64,000 nt of DNA from an uncultured delta proteobacterium (GTDB lineage: Bacteria; Desulfobacterota; Syntrophobacteria; Syntrophobacterales; Syntrophobacteraceae), in the NCBI GenBank assembly GCA_963767585.1, contig CAVYEB010000002.1, positions 2,080,865-2,144,864 on the forward strand, given 5' to 3'. Shown piece by piece: positions 46,138 through 57,634 of this stretch. The translations under genes were made by a program, and so were the position numbers. Within the stretch, counting starts at the first letter, position 1, and the number at the start of each line of letters is the position of its first letter. The notes under the pieces are model-generated. The model was not told where the DNA came from, ran no database searches, and saw nothing but the letters and a program-made list of their open reading frames with translations.

Positions 46138-47418
46138 TCAGGCGTTGCCGCCGCCGTTGGAACGCGTACCTGAAGGCTTCGAATGCCTCTTGAAGCGGTG
46201 GTTCGAGGGGCGGCCGGTTTTTTCATTACTCTGCAGTTTGTCGCCCTTGCGTGGGGCCGCTTTTGATTTTTTCGAGCTGATGAACGCTTGAGAAGGTTCC
46301 AGGCCGGGAATAACATGAACGGCAAGATTATGCCCCGTATAGCGTTGAATGCGATCCAGGTAAGGGAAGTCAGGACGCGAAGCAAGCGAGATTGCAATCC
46401 CCGACTCCGATGCACGCCCGGTTCGCCCGATGCGGTTTACGTAGTCTTCAGCCGATCGGGGCAGGTCAAAGTTTATAACGTGGCTTATGCCTGTTATATC
46501 TATTCCGCGCGCGGCTACATCGGTTGCCACCAGGACCCTGATCTTACCCCGTCGCATGTTCTCCATTGTATGATTTCTGGCGGACTGGGTCATGTCGCCA
46601 TGAAGCGCGGCGACCCCTAAGCCTTCAGTCCGGAGTTCTCCCGCCAGGTTTTCAGCGTCTCTTTTGGTTGCGGTAAACACGATGGCTTTCGTCAGTTCGC
46701 TGTCTGAACACAGATGCCGCAGTAGGCGGTTCTTGTGCTGGAGTCCGTCTGCAATATGGAGACGCTGCTCGATTTTATCGTGTGTAATCTTGACCTGCGC
46801 CAATTCAACACGGTCAGGGTCTTTCATGAATTTTCCCCCTAGTCTGCTCGCCGCCTCATCCATCGTAGCCGCGAACAGGAGGGTCTGGCAGCCCTCCGGC
46901 ATGGCATCCGTTACAAATTCCACGTCATTTATAAAGCCCATGTCCAGCATGCGGTCGGCTTCGTCGAGGACCAGCAGTTCAACATTTGACAGATTTATCC
47001 GGCCGCGCCAGATGTGGTCGATCAGCCTTCCGGGGGTTGCGATGATCATATCCGGCGATTGGGCCAGTGCTCTTATCTGGTCTCCAAAGGGCATTCCGCC
47101 GTATATTGCCACGCTGTGTACCTTGAGGTATCTTGCGTAGGTGCGCGTCGCCCTGGCGATCTGTTCAGCCAGTTCGCGGGTTGGTGTAAGAACCAGGACA
47201 CGCAATCCCTTCTTGGCTGGATTGTCAAATAATCTCTGGAGGGCGGGCAGAACGAACGCCGCCGTTTTGCCGGTACCGGTCTTGGCAGAAGCGATCAGGT
47301 CCCGGCCGGAAAGTGCCCTGGGAATAGCTTGTTGCTGGATGGGTGTTGGATTTTCATGGCCGCATCGGGCCAAAGCTTTGAGAATTGGCGGAGCAAGTTG
47401 CATTTGTTCAAACGACAT
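46138..47418 (-). CDS. DEAD-box ATP-dependent RNA helicase (RhlE-like) with basic C-terminal tail
   Basis: Q-motif PTPIQQQAIP, AKTGTGKT, DEAD, SAT and HRIGRTGR motifs. Confidence 0.9.
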   Translation of the reverse strand: MSFEQMQLAPPILKALARCGHENPTPIQQQAIPRALSGRDLIASAKTGTGKTAAFVLPALQRLFDNPAKKGLRVLVLTPTRELAEQIARATRTYARYLKVHSVAIYGGMPFGDQIRALAQSPDMIIATPGRLIDHIWRGRINLSNVELLVLDEADRMLDMGFINDVEFVTDAMPEGCQTLLFAATMDEAASRLGGKFMKDPDRVELAQVKITHDKIEQRLHIADGLQHKNRLLRHLCSDSELTKAIVFTATKRDAENLAGELRTEGLGVAALHGDMTQSARNHTMENMRRGKIRVLVATDVAARGIDITGISHVINFDLPRSAEDYVNRIGRTGRASESGIAISLASRPDFPYLDRIQRYTGHNLAVHVIPGLEPSQAFISSKKSKAAPRKGDKLQSNEKTGRPSNHRFKRHSKPSGTRSNGGGNA

Positions 47419-47987
47419 AAAGTTTTCGATCCTTGACTGTTCCTGACTCGAATATAGTTCGGCGGCAGGGCTGTAGAAGTGGCTTCCAGCCACGACAGAT
47501 TTGTATTCGTCGCGCCTGAAACCGGGGTTTTAATCGTAGAGGCCGACTAAGTTCAGGCCTCGCAGCAGCACACACATGTGGCCGACACAAAATCATCGTC
47601 GCCAACCGGTATGCTGTGCAAAGAGAAAATATGCCCGTGAGCAAGGAGGCCAGTGATCGATGGGGCTTGACGGCAGGCCGGAAAGAACTGAATTTCCAGG
47701 TCGCAGACGTCAAAAGCTAATTGGACGTATGATACACTATAAATTGCAAATAGCAAGTCACAAGTCTACAATATTCACTGCTTTACAACAGGGAATTGTA
47801 AAATAATTGAGTGTCGAGTGTTCTTTTCCGGATTACTGCGGTTATCGCAGGATGTTAATAATACGTCCATGACAATCAATATTCCACCCATTACTTGGAA
47901 GATATCCATGGAGAGAAAGGACTATTTTCCCGAGGCTCTCCCGATGGAGTATTCCGGATGAACAGGGATACAGGAGGAAAATCCATA

Positions 47988-48935
47988 ATGAAAAAAACTT
48001 TTCTCGTCGCGTTATTAGCATTTGCGACAATAGCGACAATGACACCATATGTGCATGCCGCAGCAGAAGACCTGTTCGACGCTGCTAAAGAAGGAGACAT
48101 TGCTGCAACCCGCCGGTTGCTGGAATGCGGCGCGAACGTAAATGTCAGAAATGAAAACCTGGAGACGCCTTTGCATTGGGCCGCTTATTGGGGCAAGACC
48201 GATGTCGCTGCATTTCTCATTCAGAAATGCGCAAAAGTGAATGCCAGGGATTACTACCAAAAGACGCCGTTGCATGATGCCGCTTCCCGGGGCAGGAACG
48301 ATGTTGCGGCATTGCTCACTCAGAACGGCGCAAAAATAAACGCCGGGGATTATTACCGGGAGACGCCATTGCATCATGCGGCCTATTTTGACAGGACCGA
48401 AATTGCGGCATTTCTCATCGATAAAGGTGCAAAGGTAAATGCCAGGGACGAGAATCAACAGACGCCGTTGCATTGGGCTGCAGAGGACCAGATTGAAGTG
48501 GTTGCATTGCTCATCGATAAGGGCGCAAAAGTAGATGCCAGGGACAATTACCAGGAGACGCCGTTGCACCATAACGCCTCCCGGGGCAAGACGGAGGTTG
48601 CCGCGTTCCTGATCGATAAAGGCGCAGACGTAAATGCCAGGAATGAGGACCAATGGACGCCTTTGCATAATGCTGCCTTTGCGGGCAACACCGAGGTTGC
48701 GGCATTGCTTATTGATAAAGGCGCAGACGTAAATGCCAGGGGCGTGAACCAAAAAACACCGTTGCACTGGGCTGCTTTTGCGGGCAGTACCGGTGTTGCG
48801 GCATTGCTTATTGACAAAGGCGCAGACGTAAATGCCAGAGACGTGAACCAGAAAACGCCGCTGTATTGGGCTGATCTTGTGGGCAACACCGAGGTTGTGG
48901 CACTGCTTAAAAGGCAATTAGGAACTAGGAATTAG
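47988..48935 (+). CDS. secreted ankyrin-repeat protein (about 9 repeats)
   Basis: AGGAGG-N8-ATG. Signal peptide MKKTFLVALLAFATIATMTPYVHA. Repeated TPLHWAA..G...VAALLIDKGADVNAR units. Confidence 0.85.
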   Translation: MKKTFLVALLAFATIATMTPYVHAAAEDLFDAAKEGDIAATRRLLECGANVNVRNENLETPLHWAAYWGKTDVAAFLIQKCAKVNARDYYQKTPLHDAASRGRNDVAALLTQNGAKINAGDYYRETPLHHAAYFDRTEIAAFLIDKGAKVNARDENQQTPLHWAAEDQIEVVALLIDKGAKVDARDNYQETPLHHNASRGKTEVAAFLIDKGADVNARNEDQWTPLHNAAFAGNTEVAALLIDKGADVNARGVNQKTPLHWAAFAGSTGVAALLIDKGADVNARDVNQKTPLYWADLVGNTEVVALLKRQLGTRN

Positions 48936-48936
48936 T
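48909..48936 (+). repeat. AATTAGGAA-family array encoding the last residues and stop of the ankyrin gene
   Basis: aaaggcaattaggaactaggaattag. Confidence 0.9.
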
Positions 48937-48954
48937 ACGGACGGAGGTCTTCGA

Positions 48955-50154
48955 GTGCGAATCCCCAAAAGAAATTTCTTGTCGCTGGGCCTGATTTTTC
49001 TCATTTGTTCGGTCTTTCTTTTTTCTTCATATACTTTTTCCCGGGCGGAGTCCGAGAACTATGAAAATGCGCAACCGGCCGCGGAGCTTTTAAGGCCTCA
49101 GGCGTCTTACGACCAATACGCCGCGCTTATTGCGGGCATTCGCACACCAAAGTGTGTCCTGGCGCCTTTTGAAAACATGCCCGTCTGGACTGAATATGCC
49201 AAGGCCTCCGACAACAACTGGGAGAAGTACGGGAAGATGCAGTTGGCGCCAATGAGGAAGTGGGCAGCCACGGAACTGGACAAATCAATATCTTCGGGGT
49301 CCACCGTATTCTATCCATTCAGCGGACCGGATTTTATCAGTGCTTTCACCCTTTTCCCCGGTGCACAGACCTTTATCCTGATGGCCCTGGAACCAATCGG
49401 CGATATGCCTGATTTTCAGGCAATGAGCCAAAATGACTTCGATTCATTTTTTACCGATATCCGGAAGTCGCTCCACGATATACTGGACATTAACTATTTC
49501 ATAAGCTCACACATGGACACAGCCATGGAAAGCAAGGAACTCAACGGCGTGATTCCTTTTCTTCTTTTTTTCCTGGCGAGGGAAAAGACCCGCATACTCG
49601 ACGTCGAATATTGGTTTATGGAGCCGAACGGAACCATTCGGCAAGTCCCGGCGTTGAACGGTGGCAAGCCCGGTCCGGCAGACGTCATTCCGGGAGTGCG
49701 GATTGTGTTTGAAAGCGCAGACTCGCCGGGCAACAAGCCGCAGACACTCTACTACTTTCGGCTGAACCTTTATAACCCCAGCTTCGGGCGCAACAGGCAT
49801 TTCATTACTTTTTTGCAGAATTTTGGGCCGCTCATTACCTTCATGAAATCGGCGGCCTATGTAATGTTCGATCGACAGGCGTCGCTGGCGAGGCAGTTCG
49901 TTCTCAATCAAAGCCGCTATATTCTCCAGGAAGATTCCGGAATCCCCTTGAGGTACTTCGACCCTTCAATCTGGGCTCTGCAATTTTACGGCACTTACAG
50001 CGGGCCGATATCGGCTTTCAAAGAAGACTACCAGGCACGACTTGCGAAAATATACAGAAACGGCGGGAACATCAAACCTCTGCCCTTCGGAATAGGCTAT
50101 CACTTCCAGATTGAAACGGCCAACCTTATGCTGGCAACCAGGAAGGGCAATTAG
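48955..50154 (+). CDS. hypothetical secreted/anchored protein
   Basis: GGAGG-N8-GTG, an N-terminal hydrophobic helix, and no motif I recognise. Confidence 0.5.
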   Translation: MRIPKRNFLSLGLIFLICSVFLFSSYTFSRAESENYENAQPAAELLRPQASYDQYAALIAGIRTPKCVLAPFENMPVWTEYAKASDNNWEKYGKMQLAPMRKWAATELDKSISSGSTVFYPFSGPDFISAFTLFPGAQTFILMALEPIGDMPDFQAMSQNDFDSFFTDIRKSLHDILDINYFISSHMDTAMESKELNGVIPFLLFFLAREKTRILDVEYWFMEPNGTIRQVPALNGGKPGPADVIPGVRIVFESADSPGNKPQTLYYFRLNLYNPSFGRNRHFITFLQNFGPLITFMKSAAYVMFDRQASLARQFVLNQSRYILQEDSGIPLRYFDPSIWALQFYGTYSGPISAFKEDYQARLAKIYRNGGNIKPLPFGIGYHFQIETANLMLATRKGN

Positions 50155-50182
50155 GGATGAGGAATTAGGAATTAGGAATGGG
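50146..50182 (+). repeat. AATTAGGAATG-family array containing the stop of the 399-aa ORF
   Basis: ggcaattagggatgaggaattaggaattaggaatggg. Confidence 0.95.
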
Positions 50183-50310
50183 AAGCATCTTTAGAATATG
50201 AAAGTTTACCATTATTGGCAACATCTTCCCAAAAGGCACTAATGCGTCATGGATCAACAACTTAATACGAGACTTTCGCCTGACGGTGGTATTTGATACA
50301 TGCCGCGATT

Positions 50311-50721
50311 CTAGTAAACGGGCACCCAATAGCAGCCGTAGATGTCGCAACCGTACCTGATGGGGTAATAGTCGCAGTCACGGACGGAGCTACGGTCATA
50401 GTCACGGACGGCGCTGCGGTCGTAATCACATACAGAGGTACGGTTGTAATCTATGGCGTTGCAGCGATAGCCGTTACGAGCAACCGGACGGTCATAGTCC
50501 CGGTCATCGCAAGTGACGCAGTCACGGACGTTGCAGCGCTCGCAATCACGGACAGCGGAGTTGTCGCAACTGAGCAGGTCACTGCCCGAAGAGCCGCGGT
50601 CGTAGTCACGGACATGAGCACCGCAGTCTGCCGTAGCAATAGCGGGCAAGAGCACCGGAACCAGGATTGTTGCGCCAAAAAGAAAAATCAGGGTAAAGAG
50701 CCTGAGTTTTGGGCCATTCAT
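50311..50721 (-). CDS. small secreted Cys-rich repeat protein (family member P3)
   Basis: AAGGAG-N8-ATG. Signal peptide MNGPKLRLFTLIFLFGATILVPVLLPAIATA. The mature part has 14 Cys, repeated VRD(Y/C)(D/E)R units and a CDIYGC tail. Confidence 0.6.
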   Translation of the reverse strand: MNGPKLRLFTLIFLFGATILVPVLLPAIATADCGAHVRDYDRGSSGSDLLSCDNSAVRDCERCNVRDCVTCDDRDYDRPVARNGYRCNAIDYNRTSVCDYDRSAVRDYDRSSVRDCDYYPIRYGCDIYGCYWVPVY

Positions 50722-51194
50722 CGAAAAGACTCCTTTTAGGACCGCGGAACAATTAGATCATATCGCCTCACGGAGTCTTGGTATGGACTGAAGCAGAGAG
50801 GGTTTTGCATTCCGTCACTGCGTCCGCATGTTAGAGTGTCGTGCGGTCTCTATTGACACCAAGCCTCGACTCTGCGAAACGCTCACTGTTTTATCTTTAT
50901 TTCCGTAAGATAATCACTACCTTATCGTATCCATTCGTCTGGCAATCGGGGAGCGTTGCTTTCTTGCGGAAAGTTGACCTCGGGGCAGGCCCAGGGCTCA
51001 GGCCCAGGGCTATGAAATTGAGTGCGGGGGCATCAGGGCGGGCACTATACGCGTGCTACGCGGAGGCTTTGGACGGCAATTACTTGCTGCCTTTGATAAT
51101 AAAAAAGGAGATACCCACCCCTGTCGATGAGTTCCCCTCGTACCCCTTAGATAAATTGTCACCAACCTCGTCAGCCGGCATTCTTCGAATTGAG

Positions 51195-51269
51195 TCGGGA
51201 CGAGCCGATTTGAACGGCCGACCTCTTGCACCCCAAGCAAGCGCGCTAACCAGGCTGCGCCACGTCCCG
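51195..51269 (-). tRNA. tRNA-Pro (anticodon GGG), CCA not encoded
   Basis: Hand-folded: CGGGACG TG GCGC AGCCTGGTTA GCGC G CTTGC TTGGGGT GCAAG AGGTC GGCCG TTCAAAT CGGCT CGTCCCG A. Confidence 0.9.
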
Positions 51270-51493
51270 ATAAGCCCCCAGACTAACACCGAGCCACTGG
51301 GGAGTCAAGTTGAAAGCTGACGCCGAGGGGTTGCAACAAAGGGAGGCTATCGTTACCGGCGAGCCGGTCAGTCGTCGCTTCCAAACCGGGTATAATACGA
51401 AGTCCCATTCAAACGCGTCGCGGCTGGAGGCAGTCGCGGCTGGAAGCCGCTCCTACAGGGATTGAAGCCTGCGTCGCCTCCTCCTCGCCGTGA

Positions 51494-53703
<2,210 letters not shown>

Positions 53704-53714
<11 letters not shown>

Positions 53715-53904
53715 TCTTGCGGCCCAGATAGACGAGGACGAGTCCGACCAGCATCAAAGCAGCCCCCATTATTCTGAGGGAAGGGGCGGGGACTGAAAGA
53801 AGCCAATTCAGCCATTTTCTTACCTGTTGGGGGGTCGCCAGGTAGGGAAGGCCTTCCACGAAACATATGAGGCCCAATACGGTAAGGAGGTAACCTTGCA
53901 TCAT
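53704..53904 (-). CDS. DUF2065 small membrane protein
   Basis: 66 aa. The LICFVEGLPYLATPQQVRKWL pattern is recalled for DUF2065. Confidence 0.6.
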
Positions 53905-54208
53905 TTATCTTCGCGCAATTTTTCTTTTTATCGTCCAACCCGAATTGCCCCGCAGGGAGGCGGATTCAGGGTCGCGATCGGGCAAGTATAACGTATAGGA
54001 TCACCGAGGTAAGCAAGAATTGCCGCTCCCGGTTGAAATTCTCCTGTTCAAACTTTGTAATCTGTCGATTTTGTAGACGAAAAAGGTCGTCCGCGCATCA
54101 TATGGGTGTAAGATTAATGTATGAATTTCACAGAGCAGCAGATGCTCTGAATGCTTATATTCCTGGGGGAAGTCCGCTATCGGGCGTCCCGTCGGAAGGA
54201 GTATCGAA

Positions 54209-55387
54209 ATGAGAAGATTGCTTGTGATAATTGTTGCCGCAAGCCTGATTCTCTGGCCATTTGCCACGTTGGTGAATGCTGAGAACTCACCGTCCAAGCC
54301 TCCCATTGAACAACCTCTTGTAAGTGAAGGCGAATTTGCCGTGGAGCTGGCAACCGCCCTTAAATTGACCTCCTCACACGATGAAGCGGCAGCGGAAAAT
54401 TCTCTGTCCAAAATCAACATTGCACCCAAAAACGGATGGATTTCCAACTATCCGGTGACGCCCGATATCGTTGCCGAGGTCAGGGACAGCACCGCAAGAT
54501 CGGCATCCGCGAAGACCCTGAAGATGCCGGAGGCCGAGGCGACCCGGATAGTGGACAGCGTAAGCGTAGCCATGAATCTTCCGGTTAAAGCGGGCAATGA
54601 CCAATATAGTTACGAGTCAGGTCCCGATTCAAGTTACAGTTCAGATTACAGTTCCGGATACCAGGCAAATTCCTCCCCTCCGGAAGTTTATCCATATGAG
54701 GAACCCTCTGAAGTCGAAGGATACTTTGACGACTACGGACCTCCCGTGGTGACCTATTATCCGCCCCCCTGGGACTACGGCTATCTGTATGACTGGGTCC
54801 CGTATCCGTTTTGGTGGGGAGGATGGGGGTTCGGCGGTTTCTTCGTCCTCGGAGATTTCGACAGGCACGACCATTTCCATGGCCACCACCATGAGATTAC
54901 CAACCATGTGACCACGGCGAACGGCAGTGTCACCAGGGTCGATCCGGTAACCCGTGCAGCGACTGGAACGGCAAATGCGCGTTCTTCCACTCTAGCCGGG
55001 GCAAACAGGTCGTCGCAGGTGACGCGGCTAAATTCGGCAAACGCCCAGGCAGGCGCCAGGGCGATTTTAAACCGGCAAAATGCTGTTTCAGTAACGCGCG
55101 ACCTTGACAGGGCTGCGTCCGGCAGCCGCGTGGGGGCAACGAGCCGGGGTTCTGGTCCGATGTCTTCGTCCTTTAACGGCGGGCGGTCTGTCGGCAGGGT
55201 TGCGACGGCCCCTTCTTTTAGCGGCGGCTCGCGCAGCTATGGCGGGATGAGTGGCTTCCGCGGCAGCGGCGGGTATGGCGGCGGATTTAGCGGCTTCCAT
55301 GGAGGAGGAGGCGGATTTGGCGGCTTCCATGGAGGCGGCGGCGGATTTGGCGGCGGTGGTTTCCACGGCGGCGGTGGACGCCGTTAG
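54209..55387 (+). CDS. secreted protein with aromatic/His-rich core and a Gly-Phe-His low-complexity tail
   Basis: Signal peptide MRRLLVIIVAASLILWPFATLVNA. ...WWGGWGFGGFF...HDHFHGHHHE... ends GGFSGFHGGGGGFGGFHGGGGGFGGGGFHGGGGRR. Confidence 0.6.
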   Translation: MRRLLVIIVAASLILWPFATLVNAENSPSKPPIEQPLVSEGEFAVELATALKLTSSHDEAAAENSLSKINIAPKNGWISNYPVTPDIVAEVRDSTARSASAKTLKMPEAEATRIVDSVSVAMNLPVKAGNDQYSYESGPDSSYSSDYSSGYQANSSPPEVYPYEEPSEVEGYFDDYGPPVVTYYPPPWDYGYLYDWVPYPFWWGGWGFGGFFVLGDFDRHDHFHGHHHEITNHVTTANGSVTRVDPVTRAATGTANARSSTLAGANRSSQVTRLNSANAQAGARAILNRQNAVSVTRDLDRAASGSRVGATSRGSGPMSSSFNGGRSVGRVATAPSFSGGSRSYGGMSGFRGSGGYGGGFSGFHGGGGGFGGFHGGGGGFGGGGFHGGGGRR

Positions 55388-55426
55388 CCGGCAGCATATG
55401 ACAAGCGGCGGTAGTCAATTACCCGA

Positions 55427-56140
55427 CTACCGCTTTGCCGCCAGCTCCGTATTGAATAGACCGTAAAAATTCTTGTATTCTTTCATCGCGCGGGCGAAGA
55501 GTACCTTCGCCTTGTCAAGGTCCTCGATGTTCAAGACCAGATTTACTCCCATTCTGAACGCCAGTTTCGCGTCCAAAGTAGGCTTGTCATCAGAAAGAAG
55601 GCAAAGGTAGAATTGCCTTCTCAAGTGCATTGGAAGCACTTGCACGTGGTGAAGGACCAGGTTTTCGGATTCCTTTTCGGAATTAAATTTCTCCTCCAGA
55701 ACCAGAAGGTCATAGTTGTTGTTATGCAGCTTTCCCAGGGCGAAAGCGGGGCGCAGCGCGTGAACGACCCAGAAGTCCAGTTCCTGGAGGGCTTGTGCAA
55801 TCTTTTCGGCGCGTTTAACATTAGTGTCGCAGAGCAGAGCGGTTTTGACACCCTCGTCGACCACGTCGATTGCATTTGCGTAATCCAAAAGGGCGTCTGA
55901 ACGCATTTCGGAGTCAGGGTCCTCGGACAGATAGGGGACATGTTTGTCAAATTCAGTGGGGCCGGTTCTTTCACTGATTTCCGTCGGCTCTTTGCACTTT
56001 GGACAGAAAATTTTTACTGTCTTACCTTCGGGAATTTTATCTGCCGGTACGTTGAATCCGATCCGGCATCTTTTGCATTGGACTCTCAATGTAGGTCTCC
56101 CAGGTTCAAAATCGAAATCAAGGTATCCTATTCCTGACAC
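55427..56140 (-). CDS. MJ0042-type zinc-ribbon protein with a receiver-like C-terminal domain
   Basis: VQCKRCRIGFNVP...IFCPKCKEP, then a CheY-like alternating beta/alpha pattern that lacks a clear phospho-Asp context. Confidence 0.5.
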   Translation of the reverse strand: MSGIGYLDFDFEPGRPTLRVQCKRCRIGFNVPADKIPEGKTVKIFCPKCKEPTEISERTGPTEFDKHVPYLSEDPDSEMRSDALLDYANAIDVVDEGVKTALLCDTNVKRAEKIAQALQELDFWVVHALRPAFALGKLHNNNYDLLVLEEKFNSEKESENLVLHHVQVLPMHLRRQFYLCLLSDDKPTLDAKLAFRMGVNLVLNIEDLDKAKVLFARAMKEYKNFYGLFNTELAAKR

Positions 56141-56247
56141 GGCGATTTTCAGCTATATAATCAAATCGGCAGAAAACCAAAACCAGGCCATAAAATATGC
56201 AAATTTCGGGCCTTCGGTGCTTAATTTCACGTCGAAAGGGAAACACT

Positions 56248-57048
56248 ATGGACTACTTGAAACCCGAGGCTTTTTTCGATCTGGCCTCATTCGCTCACCG
56301 CGACCTGTTTGCCGGCCGTAAATATGTCTGGGATAGCCTGAGCGAAATTAGCGGCTATCTGGAACAGCACCTCAAACCTAATGTGGCCCATCTGAAGTGT
56401 TTCAAACGTCCGCTGCCGAAGACGGTTGTAATGTGGAGGGGACAGACCCTGGATGCCGGCTTCGAGGTCCTTGGCGGAGATGTCACCAAGGGCAGGTTTC
56501 GCGTGAGAATCGGAGGTGAGGAAACCGATGAGGCGGCAGTACTGTGGGAGGGAAGTGTTCTGTGGGACGAAGCAATTTTTATCGGCCCGGGGGCAGTCGT
56601 TGAACCGGGGGCGCTGATAAAAGGTCCGTGCATAATAGGGCCGCAAGCCGAAGTGCGCCAGGGGGCGTACATGCGGGGCAAGTGTATAGTGGGCGCCAGA
56701 TGTATAGTCGGCCACACCACCGAGATGAAATCAAGCATCATGCTGGACGGCGCAAAGGCCGGGCATTTTGCCTACATCGGCGACAGCATTATTGGACATG
56801 AAGCAAACCTGGGGGCCGGCACGAAGCTCGCCAACCTGAAAATGGGGGAGCAGACCATCCGGGTGATAGCTCACGGCACGCAGATTATCACGAACCTGCG
56901 AAAGTTCGGGGCCATTCTCGGCGACCATGCGGAGACAGGCTGCAACTCTGTCACCAACCCAGGGACCGTTATAGGTAAAAGCTGCCGGGTTTTCCCTCTC
57001 ACATCCGTTCGGGCCGGCTACTATGAACCCAACTCAGTCATTAGATAA
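56248..57048 (+). CDS. left-handed beta-helix (hexapeptide repeat) protein, GlmU C-terminal-like
   Basis: Repeated [LIV]G-x4 hexapeptides: IGPGAVVEPGALIKGPCIIGPQAEVRQGAYMRGKCIVGARCIVG. Confidence 0.6.
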   Translation: MDYLKPEAFFDLASFAHRDLFAGRKYVWDSLSEISGYLEQHLKPNVAHLKCFKRPLPKTVVMWRGQTLDAGFEVLGGDVTKGRFRVRIGGEETDEAAVLWEGSVLWDEAIFIGPGAVVEPGALIKGPCIIGPQAEVRQGAYMRGKCIVGARCIVGHTTEMKSSIMLDGAKAGHFAYIGDSIIGHEANLGAGTKLANLKMGEQTIRVIAHGTQIITNLRKFGAILGDHAETGCNSVTNPGTVIGKSCRVFPLTSVRAGYYEPNSVIR

Positions 57049-57634
57049 TAGGACTGGGACAGGACTCTCAGTCCTCAGTCCTCAGTCCTCAGTCCTCAGT
57101 AAGGGGGAGGACGAGGTCATAAAGTATTTCCGAAAACTCCACGGCGCGGCGGAAGGAGGGGGAGAGGCACTTCCCTACCGATTGACCGCCTCAGGCGCCT
57201 GGGCTGCCTCGCGGCCTGGTTACCTGTTCAATTTTTTTAAAAAAATAAACCTATCATCGTTCGGCCTCTTTGTAGACCTTGGCAGCGGAGACGGAGTTGT
57301 CTGCTGCGTCGCAAGCCTGTTCACCACGGCGGTCGGAATAGAATCCGATCCTTTTCTGATATCGCGTGCTGCACAAGCCGCGCGGGAACTGAAACTCGAG
57401 GGCCGCGCGGGGTTCATTCGCGCCGATTTCCTTACTCAACGCATTCAGGCGGCAGACTGTCTGTTCATCTATCCGGACAAGCCCGTCTATCCACTGGAGA
57501 AGGTCCTGAATGGCTGGGGTGGGACCCTTTTAATCTCAGGCCCTCATTTTCCCCCAAAGCAGTTTTCGCTGAAAGAAAAGCTCCAGTGCGACACGGAGAC
57601 GCTGTCGGTGTATGTCGGAAGCCGTGAAGCATGA
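57023..57634 (+). CDS. SAM-dependent methyltransferase-like protein (start unresolved)
   Basis: VDLGSGDGVV motif I. The only in-frame ATG is at 57023, which makes the heptamer array translated ([12 protein letters not shown]). There is no ATG/GTG/TTG between the array and residue ~50 except TTG at 57182. Confidence 0.45.
   Translation: MNPTQSLDNRTGTGLSVLSPQSSVLSKGEDEVIKYFRKLHGAAEGGGEALPYRLTASGAWAASRPGYLFNFFKKINLSSFGLFVDLGSGDGVVCCVASLFTTAVGIESDPFLISRAAQAARELKLEGRAGFIRADFLTQRIQAADCLFIYPDKPVYPLEKVLNGWGGTLLISGPHFPPKQFSLKEKLQCDTETLSVYVGSREA
57051..57100. terminator. GGACTGG/GGACT words followed by an inverted CTCAGTC x5 array (hairpin) after the beta-helix gene
   Basis: ggactgggacaggact | ctcagtcctcagtcctcagtcctcagtcctcagt. 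Confidence 0.6.

Noticed and set aside
48015-48917. 300-aa minus-strand ORF (and 48548..48889) across the ankyrin gene
   Set aside because: It is antisense to a clear ankyrin-repeat ORF that has an RBS and a signal peptide. The repetitive codon usage keeps the opposite strand open.
50841-51320. 159-aa plus-strand ORF
   Set aside because: It overlaps the hand-folded tRNA-Pro on the opposite strand as well as repeat fragments. It has no RBS and no protein-like features.
54001-54447. 148-aa minus-strand ORF
   Set aside because: It overlaps the start of the well-supported secreted-protein gene on the plus strand. It has no RBS and no motifs.
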